Shown here: positions 38,053 through 51,446 of the stretch, in pieces | Position numbering within the stretch: position 1 is the stretch's first letter | Layout: every line of letters starts with the position of its first letter | NCBI GenBank assembly: GCA_964016885.1 | Contig: OZ024761.1 | Location: 22,010,001-22,074,000, forward strand | Origin: Eledone cirrhosa | Taxonomy: Eukaryota | Length of the DNA stretch: 64,000 nt | Direction of reading: 5' to 3' | Translations under genes and position numbers: made by a program | Notes under the pieces: model-generated | Database searches by the model: none | What the model was told of the DNA's origin: nothing | The model's input: the letters and a program-made list of their open reading frames with translations, nothing else

Positions 38053-39317
38053 TGTTATAGGTTGTGAATGAGTGTGTTACAATTATGTATGTGTGTTATA
38101 TTATATAATAGTGGATGTATTAATTGTGTACACTGTAAAATGGTTGCTGTATATATCGTAGAGGCCACGGCACATCACAACACTGGTATTTGGAACATAA
38201 CAAAGGTTCTTACATCAAATTATGATGAAAGGTTTTTAGAAGAATATAAAGACTTTAAAATAAACAGTTTTGTATAATAGAACTGGTAGGTGGAAGATGT
38301 GTGTTTGTGTGTGTGTGATTTGAAGCTGTTTGTTATGAAAGGGGATAGACTATTGCTGGTTAACATATGTTTGTGATACAGTTGTCTGTTTTTACAAATA
38401 ATGCAAAGATGAAATTTGCTTTTTATTGTTAAATCAAGAAATAAACTTTCAACAGCTGGTGCACAGCTGCTAAAAAACAGCCTGGCTATGACCTGGCCTA
38501 GTCCTGACTTATATCTGGGGTTGTATCACATCTACACACCAGCCTGGATATGACCTGGGTTTGTCCTGACTTATATCTGGGGTTGTATCACATCTACACA
38601 CCAGCCTGGATATGACCTGGGGTTGTATCACATCTATCTATATATATATATATACACACACACACACATATAGTGGTGGTGGTGGTGGTGTTAATGACGG
38701 CGGTAGTGGTGGTGTTGGTTGTTTTTTGATTAGACAATGGTTCTGTTGTAGAGAGGTTCCTCACAACACCAGCTTTCTAGTGTTGTTGTTGTTGTTGTTC
38801 TGCCTCAAGTGTTCTTCAAATGAAACGGTTTGAAGTTTTATTGATTTCAAATTCTTAATTAATATTGTGAGCACACATACATACACTCACATACATATAT
38901 CCACATACACATTCTCACATACATACACCCTCACACATACACCCTCACACATATATCCACATACATACACCCTCACACATACATACACACACATATATAC
39001 ACCCTCACACATATATCCACATACATACACCCTCACACATACACACACCCTCACACATACACATTCTCACATACATACACCCTCACACATACACCCTCAC
39101 ACATATATCCACATACATACACCCTCACACATACATACACACACATACATACACCCTCACACATATATCCACATACATACACCCTCACACATACATACAC
39201 CCTCACACATACATCCACATACATATATATATATAAGCACACTCATACAGACACACACATACATACCTATATACATATATACACACTCATACAGACACAC
39301 ACACACACATACACATG

Positions 39318-39363
<46 letters not shown>

Positions 39364-39516
39364 TACACACACTGCACACACATACTCACACCACACACCT
39401 ACAGAGATGTGGCTGGGATGAAAAGTATTCAACTGATATAAAACGGAGTTGGTCGGTGGAACTGAATTGATAGTCACAACTATTGTCAACTATTTCATTA
39501 GAAATATGGTAAAAAA

Positions 39517-40941
39517 GGGTTAATACAAACTCCCTAGCAGGGTTAATATGAACTCCCTAGCGGGGTTAATATGAACTCCCTAGCAGGGTTAATATGAACT
39601 CCCTTGCAGGGTTAATATGAACTCCCTTGCAGGGTTAATATGAACTCCCTTGCAGGGTTAATATGAACTCCCTAGCAGGGTTAATATGAACTCCCTAGCA
39701 GGGTTAATATGAACTCCCTAGCGGGGTTAATATGAACTCCCTAGCAGGGTTAATATGAACTCCCTAGCGGGGTTAATATGAACTCCCTAGCGGGGTTAAT
39801 ATGAACTCCCTTGCAGGGTTAATATGAACTCCCTAGCGGGGTTAATATGAACTCCCTTGCAGGGTTAATATGAACTCCCTAGCAGGGTTAATATGAACTC
39901 CCTTGCAGGGTTAATATGAACTCCCTAGCAGGGTTAATATGAACTCCCTAGCGGGGTTAATATGAACTCCCTAGCAGGATTAATATGAACTCCCTAGCAG
40001 GGTTAATATGAACTCCCTAGCAGGGTTAATATGAACTCCCTTGCAGGGTTAATATGAACTCCCTAGCAGGGTTAATATGAACTCCCTAGCAGGGTTAATA
40101 TGAACTCCCTAGCGGGGTTAATATGAACTCCCTAGCGGGGTTAATATGAACTCCCTAGCAGGGTTAATATGAACTCCCTAGCGGGGTTAATATGAACTCC
40201 CTAGCGGGGTTAATATGAACTCCCTTGCAGGGTTAATATGAACTCCCTAGCAGGGTTAATATGAACTCCCTTGCAGGGTTAATATGAACTCCCTAGCAGG
40301 GTTAATATGAACTCCCTTGCAGGGTTAATATGAACTCCCTTGCAGGGTTAATATGAACTCCCTATCAGGGTTAATATGAACTCCCTTGCAGGGTTAATAT
40401 GAACTCCCTAGCAGGGTTAATATGAACTCCCTAGCAGGGTTAATATGAACTCCCTAGCGGGGTTAATATGAACTCCCTAGCGGGGTTAATATGAACTCCC
40501 TAGCAGGGTTAATATGAACTCCCTAGCGGGGTTAATATGAACTCCCTAGCAGGGTTAATATGAACTCCCTAGCAGGGTTAATATGAACTCCCTTGCAGGG
40601 TTAATATGAACTCCCTAGCGGGGTTAATATGAACTCCCTAGCGGGGTTAATATGAACTCCCTAGCAGGGTTAATATGAACTCCCTAGCAGGGTTAATATG
40701 AACTCCCTAGCAGGGTTAATATGAACTCCCTTGCAGGGTTAATATGAACTCCCTAGCAGGGTTAATATGAACTCCCTAGCAGGGTTAATATGAACTCCCT
40801 AGCAGGGTTAATATGAACTCCCTAGCGGGGTTAATATGAACTCCCTAGCGGGGTTAATATGAACTCCCTAGCAGGGTTAATATGAACTCCCTTGCAGGGT
40901 TAATATGAACTCCCTTGCAGGGTTAATATGAACTCCCTAGC
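39517..40941. repeat. 23-bp minisatellite gggttaatatgaactccctagca, about 61 copies
   Basis: Read directly from the sequence. Confidence 0.97.
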
Positions 40942-41054
40942 CAATGTCTGCCATGAGATATATGGTAAGGGTCTAACCAGTGTTATCTAATGTATGAAAT
41001 ATCTCAGAAATGACCACATATCAAATGTAGTCAGTTGTCAACTGTTTCTACACA

Positions 41055-41140
<86 letters not shown>

Positions 41141-41383
41141 CTCTCCCTCTCTCTCTCTTTTAATTACAACTCTTGATTATTACATTTAATTTCACTGATT
41201 CTCATTAATACTTTTATCATTTATTGTTGAATGAAAGTAAATTACTTTATAGTAACGAGGAATTATGTGTCGTTGCTGGAGGCTTTAGAAATACTTCTCC
41301 AGACTTTTAGCATAATTTGATTTCACAGAAAAGCTTCAATTACTGGATTGTTATTACTGTTGTTGTTGTTGTTGTTGTAAATA

Positions 41384-41840
41384 TTTTACTGGTTTCAGTT
41401 GTTTGACTGTGGCCATGCTGGGGCAACACACTCTTTTACTGGTTTCAGTTGTTTGACTGTGGCCATGCTGGGGCAACACACTCTTTTACTGGTTTCAGTT
41501 GTTTGACTGTGGCCATGCTGGGGCAACACACTCTTTTACTGGTTTCAGTTGTTTGACTGTGGCCATGCTGGGGCAACACACTCTTTTACTGGTTTCAGTT
41601 GTTTGACTGTGGCCATGCTGGGGCAACACACTCTTTTACTGGTTTCAGTTGTTTGACTGTGGCCATGCTGGGGCAACAGTCTTTTACTGGTTTCAGTCAT
41701 TGGACTGTGGCCATGCTGGGGCAACAGTCTTTTACTGGTTTCAGTCATTGGACTGTGGCCATGCTGGGGCAACAGTCTTTTACTGGTTTCAGTCGTTTGA
41801 CTGTGGCCATGCTGGGGCAACACACTCTTTTACTGGTTTT
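41384..41840. repeat. 50/48-bp minisatellite, about 9 copies, derived from a dispersed-element end
   Basis: Unit ttttactggtttcagttgtttgactgtggccatgctggggcaacacactc. A single inverted copy of the source lies at about 27205-27262. Confidence 0.9.
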
Positions 41841-42049
41841 CTCTCCTGCACACTACATCTCATTACTCTGACACCCTGGTCTTACTCTATTGCAGCTTCT
41901 GTCCACTGCCATCTGGCACTTCTTCATCCAACAATCATCACCCATATATATCACATGTCTGTACCAGCACAGTCCCCCCTCCTACGCACTACACTTCATT
42001 CCTCTATGTTTGGTGGCTCAATTATTAATATGTCATTATTTATTTGCAG

Positions 42050-42323
42050 GTTTGACAGCCAGTTAAAGCGAACAAAGTTTGAATGTCGACAGGACAACCA
42101 ACATTTTCAACAGCAACAACAGCAGCCACAGCATAACTCTCATTTTTCACAACATTCTCAAAACTCATCGTCCAGCAAGCCACCCTTAAAGCCAGCCACC
42201 CCACAACCACCACTTCATGATCCCTATGAATTCACTGACGAATCATCTTCACTTTTTGGAACACTGCCTGCAAGGAATTTTAGAACAAGTCGAGATGATC
42301 TGTTTCGTTCTTCCCCTTTAAAG
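42050..42323 (+). CDS. MED13: MED13 coding exon
   Basis: tgcag|G completes TG+G (Trp) from the previous exon. Contains DPYEF (MED13 'DPY.F'). Ends AAG|gtaaga, phase 0. Confidence 0.88.
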
Positions 42324-42519
42324 GTAAGAAAACCTGGTGAAATACCTATTGTCCCCTGGTTCACAGCTTGTGGACCATTGTCTTAACACATTCTTTATGG
42401 TCCAGGCAGCACCTTAAAGAAAGTTGGTGTTGAACTAACTATATTGTTTAATCACAATGGTTATTACCTTCTAATATTGAGCACTTTACCTTTACTGTGA
42501 TATTTCTCTTATTAGAATG

Positions 42520-43606
42520 GCTGTGATGGTGGTGCTGGTGGTGTGATTGTTATGGGTGTGGTGGTGGTGGTGGTGTGATTGTTATGGATGTGATGGTGGT
42601 GGTGGTGGTGTGATTGTTATGGATGTGGTGGTGGTGCTGGTGCTGGTGTGATTGTTATGGATGTGGTGGTGGTGCTGGTGCTGGTGTGATTGTTATGGGT
42701 GTGGTGGTGGTGCTGGTGCTGATGTGATTGTTATAGATGTGGTGGTGGTGGTGGTGTGATTGTTATGGATGTGGTGGTGGTGGTGGTGCTGGTGTGATTG
42801 TTATGGATGTGGTGGTGGTGGTGGTGCTGGTGTGATTGTTATGGGTGTGGTGGTGGTGCTGGTGCTGGTGTGATTGTTATAGATGTGGTGGTGGTGGTGG
42901 TGGTGTGATTGTTATGGATGTGGTGGTGGTGCTGGTGTGATTGTTATGGATGTGGTGTGATTGTTATGGATGTGGTGGTGGTGCTGGTGTGATTGTTATG
43001 GATGTGATGGTGGTGTGATTGTTATGGATGTGATGGTGGTGGTGGTGTGATTGTTATGGATGTGGTGGTGGTGCTGGTGTGATTGTTATGGATGTGGTGG
43101 TGGTGGTGGTGGTGTGATTGTTATGGATGTGATAGATGTGGTGGTGGTGTGATTGTTATGGATGTGATGGTGGTGATGGTGGTGTGATTGTTATGGATGT
43201 GGTGGTGGTGTGATTGTTATGGATGTGGTAGTGGTGGTGGTATGATGGATGTGGTGGTAGTGGTGGTATGATGGATGTGATGGTGGTGGTGGTGGTGTGA
43301 TTGTTATGGATGTGGTGGTGGTGTGATTGTTATGGATGTGGTAGTGGTGGTGGTATGATGGATGTGGTGGTAGTGGTGGTATGATGGATGTGATGGTGGT
43401 GGTGGTGGTGTGATTGTTATGGATGTGGTGGTGGTGTGATTGTTATGGATGTGGTAGTGGTGGTGGTATGATGGATGTGGTGGTAGTGGTGGTATGATGG
43501 ATGTGATGGTGGTGGTGTGATTGTTATGGATGTGGTGATGGTGGTGGTATGATGGATGTGGTGGTGGTGGTGGTATGATGGATGTGATGGTGGTGGTGGT
43601 GGTGTG
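42520..43606. repeat. (GGT)n tract punctuated by gtgattgttatggat
   Basis: Read directly from the sequence. Confidence 0.92.
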
Positions 43607-43662
43607 ATATAAATATGATGAGGACGATAGTTGTGATAACATTTTGTCTTGTTCTATTCTAG

Positions 43663-43699
43663 GAAGAAGAAAAGGACCCCTCACGGCATAATGGCAACA
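43663..43699 (+). CDS. MED13: MED13 37-nt micro-exon (EEEKDPSRHNGN)
   Basis: ttctag|GAA...A|gtaagt. Needed to bridge the phase-0 donor at 42323 and the phase-1 acceptor at 44742. Confidence 0.75.
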
Positions 43700-43890
43700 G
43701 TAAGTTGATTTATATAATTTAGATCAGCCTCCATCTCTAGACACTGAATTACCAGTCATTAGAAAGTGAGAATGTCTTATGGTACTTCCTTCCAGCTCTC
43801 TACCCTCTCACTTCTAATCCCACCGAGGTCAACTTTACTTTCATCCTTTCGAGGTTGATAAAAAAAAGTACCAGTCAAATACTGGGGTTG

Positions 43891-43955
<65 letters not shown>

Positions 43956-44139
43956 AAGAAATCTGCTGTACTCAGGCCTGATGCCCAAGAAACACTGTAT
44001 GTCAATATGGAGCCCCTGCCACTCTATCAGGAGTTACGGGTCCATATATACATATATTACTGATTCTCTAGTGTTTGTTATATTGTATATATGTATATAT
44101 ATCAACATGTTTGATGACATCACATGGAGACACCACAAC

Positions 44140-44712
44140 CACTACACTACACCATATCACACTCTACTCCACCACACCACACTCCACTCCACACCACACT
44201 CCACTCCACTCCACACTCCACCACACTCCATTCCACACCACACTCCACACCACACCACACTCCACTCCACACTCCACTCCACACCACACTCCACTCCACA
44301 CCACACTCCACTCCACACCACACTCCACCACACTCCACTCCACACCACACTCCACTCCACACCACACTCCACTCCACTCCACTCCACACCACACCACACT
44401 CCACTCCACACCACACCACACTCCACACCACACTCCACCACACTCCACTCCACACCACACTCCACTTCACACCACACCACACCACACTCCACTCCACTCC
44501 ACACCACACTCCACTCCACTCCACACCACACCACACTCCACTCCACACCACACCATACCACACTCCACTCCACACCACACCACACTCCACTCCACACCAC
44601 ACCACACTCCACTCCACACCACACTCCACCACACTCCACTCCACACCACACTCCACTCCACTCCACACCACACCACACTCCACTCCACACCACACCACAC
44701 TCCACTTCACCA
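44140..44712. repeat. (CCACA/CCACT)n pentamer tract
   Basis: Read directly from the sequence. Confidence 0.93.
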
Positions 44713-44741
44713 TATCACATTCTTACTATTTATATTTTCAG

Positions 44742-44881
44742 GTATAGCAGCAGTTGGTTCCCCGGCTCCCTCCTCTTGTTCCTTACCAGTTTCCAACAGC
44801 CTCACCACAGAGAAGGATCTCTTCCCAACCCCCATGGATCTGGAACATATTTTTGAAAGTGAAGAGAGTGGAGATGAAGCA
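44742..44881 (+). CDS. MED13: MED13 coding exon
   Basis: ttcag|GT...GCA|gtgagt. SLTTEKDLFPTPMDLEHIFESEES resembles MED13 'SL..E.DL.....DLDN.F.SDE'. Phase 1 to 0. Confidence 0.88.
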
Positions 44882-44979
44882 GTGAGTTATAGCCAGACTT
44901 TTCAATATTTTATTATTAACCCTTAACATGAATATAAACGCCTTAAATGGGGTTCCTTTGATAGAGTGCATGGTCTCAG

Positions 44980-45295
44980 TGATGAGAGAGTCACTCCAGG
45001 TAGAGCTGCTACTTCTCCAAATTGAGAGATCACAGCTCCGATACTTATGGACATGTGGTTAGAATGTCTCAGGAAAGAATCACTGGAAAGATTTATAGTT
45101 TAGAGATCAGAGAGTCACTCCAGGTAGAGCTGCTACTTCTCTAAATTGAGAGATCACAGCTCCGATACTTATGGACATGTGGTTAGAATGTCTCAGGAAA
45201 GAATCACTGGAAAGATTTATAGTTTAGAGATCAGAGAGTCACTCCAGGTAGAGCTGCTACTTCTCTAAATTGAGAGATCACAGCTCCGATACTAA
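44980..45295 (+). repeat. 120-bp tandem repeat (about 2.6 copies) from the same RTE-LINE ORF segment as 15030-15270
   Basis: Shared sequence agagagtcactccaggtagagc..ctacttctc..aattgag..atcacagc...atgtggttaga.tgtctcaggaaagaatcactgga. Confidence 0.8.
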
Positions 45296-45652
45296 CTTGT
45301 TTTAGATAGTCTATGTTAAATAATTACAGATTATTAAGAGTTAAATTAACATCTTCTAACATGATTCTATAGAATAACCATATCTTAAGTTAGTATCTTA
45401 GTAATGAAATAATTTTAGTTTATCCCCCCAAAATTCCTCATTAAATAAAATACAGTGTATTTTATTACAAATATGGCCACGGAAGGTTTAACACTTTAGC
45501 ATTAATTACTCTATTTACTATTGTATTATTGTGGTAAAGGCTTTATCTCAAATAATTATCTCACCCTCTACACCCACCTCTCTATCTCTCCTCTTCCTCT
45601 TACCCCACCTTTCTCACCCTATAAATAAACCTTGTTATATTTTGAGTTTCAG

Positions 45653-45737
45653 GACCCTACAGCCAGCAACCTCAAATCTACTGATGATAGCCTTAAAGGC
45701 AGTAAGGGCTCCACGATTATCCCCAATGGTACCATAG
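45653..45737 (+). CDS. MED13: MED13 coding exon
   Basis: tttcag|GAC...G|gtagg. Translates DPTASNLKSTDDSLKGSKGSTIIPNGTI. Phase 0 to 1 fits both neighbours. Confidence 0.78.
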
Positions 45738-46354
45738 GTAGGTCCTTATTACACTTGCCTATCTGTCTCTATAGTGTGTTGTGTGTGTATATCAGTGTGT
45801 TGTGTCTGTATATCAGTGTGTACAGTGTGTTGTGTGTGTGTATCAGTGTGTATCAGTGTGTATCAGTGTGTTGTGTGTGTTGTGTGTGTGTATCAGTGTG
45901 TTGTGTGTATCAGTGTTTTGTGTGTGTATCAGTGTGTTGTGTGTGTTGTGTGTGTGTATCAGTGTGTTGTGTGTGTTGTGTGTGTGTATCAGTGTGTTGT
46001 GTGTGTATCAGTGTGTTGTGTGTGTATCAGTGTGTTGTGTGTATCAGTGTGTTGTGTGTGTATCAGTGTGTTGTGTGTGTGTATCAGTGTGTATCAGTGT
46101 GTTGTGTGTATCAGTGTGTTGTGTGTGTGTTGTGTGTGTTGTGTGTGTGTATCAGTGTGTTGTGTGTGTTGTGTGTGTTGTGTGTGTTGTGTGTATGTTG
46201 TGTGTGTTGTGTGTGTGTATCAGTGTGTTGTGTGTGTGTATCAGTGTGTTGTGTGTGGCCAGACAGAGAGAGAGAGAGTTGCTTGTGTTTGTTGTTGCTG
46301 AGAGTTCCTCATTACGTGGCTCTATTTAATGTTTTTCCCCCCTAAATGTTTCAG

Positions 46355-46518
46355 CCCCATCAGAATTATCAAGAATGTACCCAACACCTCCATCACTGGA
46401 AAACCCTGTGCCATCTCCTGGCACAATCACAGATATGGCACCTGATACAACGATGATTGCTGATAGTTGTGTTATTGCTGAAGTGGACAACAGTATAGCA
46501 GTCACTGATTCCAGTAAG
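46355..46518 (+). CDS. MED13: MED13 coding exon
   Basis: ttcag|CC...AAG|gtaagg. ELSRMYPTPPSLE is the hallmark MED13 'L..MYPTPPSLE' motif. Phase 1 to 0. Confidence 0.95.
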
Positions 46519-46526
46519 GTAAGGGA

Positions 46527-46589
<63 letters not shown>

Positions 46590-46593
46590 AATG

Positions 46594-46690
46594 AAAAACA
46601 TGGGCGGAGAGGGTGAGAGTGGAGCTCAGATCACTGAAGCTCACGGAGGAGATGACGAAGGACCGTGTCAAGTGGAGAGATGCTGTGCTG
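46594..46690 (+). mobile_element. RTE-type LINE 3' ORF fragment
   Basis: KTWAERVRVELRSLKLTEEMTKDRVKWRDAVL is typical of the RTE C-terminal 'KTW...DR..WR' pattern. Confidence 0.7.
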
Positions 46691-47006
46691 ACTATCAAAG
46701 TTATACACACATACATATACAGATATACGTATACACACACACACATAAATATACATTGTGCCTAAATTAGGAATTATTATTATTAAGAGCAGTGAATTGG
46801 CTGAATCGGTAGAGCGCCAGACAACATGGCTTGCGGCATGTTCTGAGTTCTAAAGCAGTTGTAGTCCCAATATTATCACAGCTTATTTATAGTAATAATT
46901 TATGGATTGTAGAAGAAGAAGGACACACTTTGTCAGTCTGCCACTTGTTACATAAACCTTCTGTTTTCTCTAGTTTCATTTCTTCATCTCTTTTTTTGTC
47001 TTCCAG

Positions 47007-47161
47007 GACTGGTCCTGTGTGTTCAAACCGCCCAAGTTGGCTCGTTTTGTTGGTTCTACCAAATATGCTCCTGTAGAGCTGCCTAGTACTAACGAGGCTG
47101 TATTATTTTGTCAAATTCCAGAGTATAAACCATCTTGGCAGTACCAGCCACATGCACCAAG
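47007..47161 (+). CDS. MED13: MED13 coding exon
   Basis: ttccag|GAC...AG|gtagaa. DWSCVFKPPKLARFVGSTKYAPVELPS...YKPSW resembles MED13 'DFSYV.KP.....VG.S.FAPL..LPS...Y..SW'. Phase 0 to 2. Confidence 0.9.
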
Positions 47162-47199
47162 GTAGAAGCTTTTTCTTTCTTTCTATACTGAAATAATTC

Positions 47200-49005
47200 T
47201 CCAGTCCACACTGTAAAGTGGTTGTGTAGGTGTCATGACAAAAAACACCCAGTCCACACTGTAAAGTGGTTGTGTAGGTGTCATGACTAAAAACACCCAG
47301 TCCACACTGTAAAGTGGTTGTGTTGGTGTCATGACTAAAAACACCCAGTCCACACTGTAAAGTGGTTGTGTTGGTGTCATGACTAAAAACACCCAGTCCA
47401 CACTGTAAAGTGGTTGTGTTGGTGTCATGACTAAAAACACCCAGTCCACACTGTAAAGTGGTTGTGTTGGTGTCATGACTAAAAACACCCAGTCCACACT
47501 GTAAAGTGGTTGTGTAGGTGTCATGACTAAAAACACCCAGTCCACACTGTAAAGTGGTTGTGTTGGTGTCATGACTAAAAACACCCAGTCCACACTGTAA
47601 AGTGGTTGTGTTGGTGTCATGACTAAAAACACCCAGTCCACACTGTAAAGTGGTTGTGTAGGTGTCATGACTAAAAACACCCAGTCCACACTGTAAAGTG
47701 GTTGTGTAGGTGTCATGACTAAAAACACCCAGTCCACACTGTAAAGTGGTTGTGTAGGTGTCATGACTAAAAACACCCAGTCCACACTGTAAAGTGGTTG
47801 TGTAGGTGTCATGACAAAAAACACCCAGTCCACACTGTAAAGTGGTTGTGTAGGTGTCATGACTAAAAACACCCAGTCCACACTGTAAAGTGGTTGTGTA
47901 GGTGTCATGACAAAAAACACCCAGTCCACACTGTAAAGTGGTTGTGTAGGTGTCATGACTAAAAACACCCAGTCCACACTGTAAAGTGGTTGTGTAGGTG
48001 TCATGACAAAAAACACCCAGTCCACACTGTAAAATGGTTGTGTAGGTGTCATGACTAAAAACACCCAGTCCAAACTGTAAAGTGGTTGTGTAGGTGTCAT
48101 GACTAAAAACACCCAGTCCACACTGTAAAGTGGTTGTGTTGGTGTCATGACTAAAAACACCCAGTCCAAACTGTAAAGTGGTCATGTAGGTGACACAACA
48201 AAATGCACCCAGTCCACACTGTAAAGTGGTCATGTAGGTGACATAACAAAATGCACCAGTTCACACTGTAAAGTGGTCGTGAAGGTGACAACAAAATGCA
48301 CCTAGTACACACTGTAAAGTGGTCGTGTAGGTGACAACAAAATGCACCTAGTACACACTGTAAAGTGGTCGTGTAGGTGACAACAAAATGCATCCAGTCC
48401 ACACTGTAAAGTGGTCGTGTAGGTGACAACAAAATGCACCTGGTACACACTGTAAAGTGGTCGTGTAGGTGACAACAAAATGCACCCAGTCCACACTGTA
48501 AAGTGGTCGTGTAGGTGACAACAAAATGCACCCAGTCCACACTGTAAAGTGGTCGTGTAGGTGACAACAAAATGCACCCAGTCCACACTGTAAAATGGTC
48601 GTGTAGGTGACAACAAAATGCACCTAGTACACACTGTAAAGTGGTCGTGTAGGTGACAACAAAATGCACCTAGTACACACTGTAAAGTGGTCGTGTAGGT
48701 GACAACAAAATGCACCTAGTACATACTGTAAAGTGGTCATGTAGGTGACAACAAAATGCACCTAGTACATACTGTAAAGTGGTCATGTAGGTGTCACAAC
48801 AAAATGCACCCAGTTCACTGTAAAGTGGTCATGTAGGTGACATAACAAAATGCACCCAGTTCACACTGTAAAGTGGTCGTGTAGGTGACAACAAAATGCA
48901 CCTAGTACACACTGTAAAGTGGTCGTGTAGGTGACAACAAAATGCACCTAGTACACACTGTAAAGTGGTCATGTAGGTGTCACAACAAAAAGCACCCAGT
49001 ACACT
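47200..49005. repeat. Two abutting related minisatellites (48-bp unit, then about 46-bp unit)
   Basis: cccagtccacactgtaaagtggttgtgtaggtgtcatgactaaaaaca switches near 48180 to cactgtaaagtggtcgtgtaggtgacaacaaaatgcacc. Confidence 0.95.
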
Positions 49006-49140
49006 AATGGTTTAGAAAATATTTAAAAGAGTTTGTTAAATCAAATGTTTATATTATCTTTACTGGTGGATAGATTGAAGTAAAGTAAATACTTTAATAT
49101 TTAACGTGACTCAGTCATAGTGTTGTTTTGTGCTATTTAA

Positions 49141-49350
49141 CCCTTTAGCATTCACATTACTCTATATATACTATTATATTTTCATGGTAAATGCTTTACC
49201 TCACATAAATATCTCACATAATATCGAATCTATGAGATTTTGAAAGTATTTATTTTGAGAACAATACCTTAACATCAGTTTGAGTGACCAGTTACAGCCA
49301 GTTTAAACAGAAAAAGATAGAGAATTCTGGCCGGTTTGAACATTAAAGGG
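49141..49350 (+). mobile_element. TTAA-flanked piggyBac-like MITE (210 bp)
   Basis: ttaa|CCCTTTAGCATTCA...TGAACATTAAAGGG|ttaa. Other copies at 15871-16090 (inverted), 21331, 60593, and partial at 19735-19912. Confidence 0.85.
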
Positions 49351-49530
49351 TTAAGAATACTAATGTGGTTTCATGTGGTACAGGATGTTAAGAGTTAATG
49401 TGACTCAGTCATAGTGTTGTTTTGTACTATTTAAGAATATCTTACTAATTTGGTTTCATGTTAAGAATTAATCTGTAATTTTCTTCTTAATATTAATTTC
49501 TTGTTTTTTCTATTTTTCCCTCTTCTCTAG

Positions 49531-50228
49531 TCATTACCTCAACCTCCCGTCCATTGAAAACCTTCCCAGCTTATCAAAAATGCATGCAGGTGTTGAGTCT
49601 TCGCCTGCTACATTTACAGGCAGCGTATCTCAGCGGACCCCCATGAGTTATGAACAGTCACCCATGTCGAATGCATCCTCTTCATATGTGAACAAAACTT
49701 TGAGTTCCATTGACAATCAAGTAGCAAACCATCAGTTAACAGAAGTCCACAGCTTACTTGTGAACGTAATCCTTGCCGACAGCTCTCTTAACATTTTCAA
49801 GGACCACAATTTTGATAGCTGCAATATATGTGTTTGTACGATGCGTGTAAAAGACGACGAAGATAACTTTGACATGAACCGATGCACTTGCGGCTTCAGC
49901 GCAATCATGAACCGTGTCTTTGGACATAACTCAGGACTCTTCTATGAAGACGAAGTTGATATCACTGGTATCAGAGATGACCGCTACGACCAAAATACTA
50001 ACAAGCGCCTAGCAGTGATTGATTACCAAAAGGCTGGACATAACAAGGACACTAATACATCAACAGTAACCCCACCTGAGGATGTTCCCCAAATTATACT
50101 AGAGTGGTTGCTGACTCAATTCTGTGCCCCTTTTCCCTCGTCTCTGGCACAGAGAATGTTTACCAAATTAGTTATGAACGCTGCTACGTCGCTGGTCGAC
50201 AATGTTGTTAACATCATATCAATGCAAG
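49531..50228 (+). CDS. MED13: MED13 coding exon (Cys-rich conserved region)
   Basis: ctctag|T...G|gtaagt. EVHSLLVNVILADSSLNIFKDHNFDSCNICVC...CTCGFSAIMNR..GHNSGLFYEDEVDITG is diagnostic of MED13. Phase 2 to 1. Confidence 0.97.
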
Positions 50229-50519
50229 GTAAGTTATAAACCCCTTTCATCTCATCTTCTTTTAACCCCTTCCATTATCACACCCCATTCCATTATCACA
50301 CCTCCGTCCATAATCACAATTAACCCCTTCCATTATCACTTTTAAACCTTTTCATTATCAACACAGGAAAAACCAGCTTTTAGTCATATGAAACAAAACC
50401 ACCCATCTTCTTCACTACACACTAGTACACACACACTTGTGCACTCACCCATTTGTGTCCACATTCAACATTCACTTATGTCCATTACACACACACATAT
50501 ATAATAGCTCAAGAAATGT

Positions 50520-51273
50520 GTATTAACTCTTGAGATAGCTCCCTGCTTGTATTAACCCTTTAGATAGCTCCCTGCTTGTATTAACCCTTTAGATAGCTAC
50601 CTGCTTGTATTAACCCTTTAGATAGCTACCTGCTTGTATTAACCCTTTAGATAGCTACCTGCTTGTATTAACCCTTTAGATAGCTACCTGCTTGTATTAA
50701 CCCTTTAGATAGCTACCTGCTTGTATTAACCCTTTAGATAGCTACCTGCTTGTATTAACCCTTTAGATAGCTACCTGCTTGTATTAACCCTTTAGATAGC
50801 TACCTGCTTGTATTAACCCTTTAGATAGCTACCTGCTTGTATTAACTCTTTAGATAGCTACCTGCTTGTATTAACCCTTTAGATAGCTATCTGCTTGTAT
50901 TAACCCTTTAGATAGCTACCTGCTTGTATTAACTCTTTAGATAGCTACCTGCTTGTATTAACTCTTTAGATAGCTACCTGCTTGTATTAACTCTTTAGAT
51001 AGCTACCTGCTTGTATTAACTCTTTAGATAGCTACCTGCTTGTATTAACCCTTTAGATAGCTATCTGCTTGTATTAACCCTTTAGATAGCTACCTGCTTG
51101 TATTAACTCTTTAGATAGCTACCTGCTTGTATTAACTCTTTAGATAGCTACCTGCTTGTATTAACTCTTTAGATAGCTACCTGCTTGTATTAACCCTTTA
51201 GATAGCTACCTGCTTGTATTAACTCTTTAGATAGCTACCTGCTTGTATTAACTCTTTAGATAGCTACCTGCTT
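50520..51273. repeat. 29-bp minisatellite tattaaccctttagatagctacctgcttg, about 26 copies
   Basis: Read directly. The unit contains TTAACCCTTTAG, the MITE terminus. Confidence 0.95.
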
Positions 51274-51446
51274 CACACCTCGTTCCACAATAGAAAGCTG
51301 TTTATTTTAAAGTGTTTGTTTGTTTATCTAAAAACCTTCCATCATGTAAAAGACTGAGGAGTTGTGAATCCCACTATATTCCAGTATGTTCCACTATAAT
51401 CCACGATATTCCAGTATATCCCACGATATTCCAGTATCATCACAAT

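Noticed and set aside
45647-45652. Alternative in-frame GAG acceptor adding two codons
   Set aside because: GAG acceptors are rare, and the adjacent TTTCAG fits the consensus better.
47103-48715. Long minus-strand ORFs
   Set aside because: Minisatellite translations. The same applies to ORFs at 31001, 34331, 35732, 43855 and 54281, and to all YI/TH/CV-repeat ORFs.
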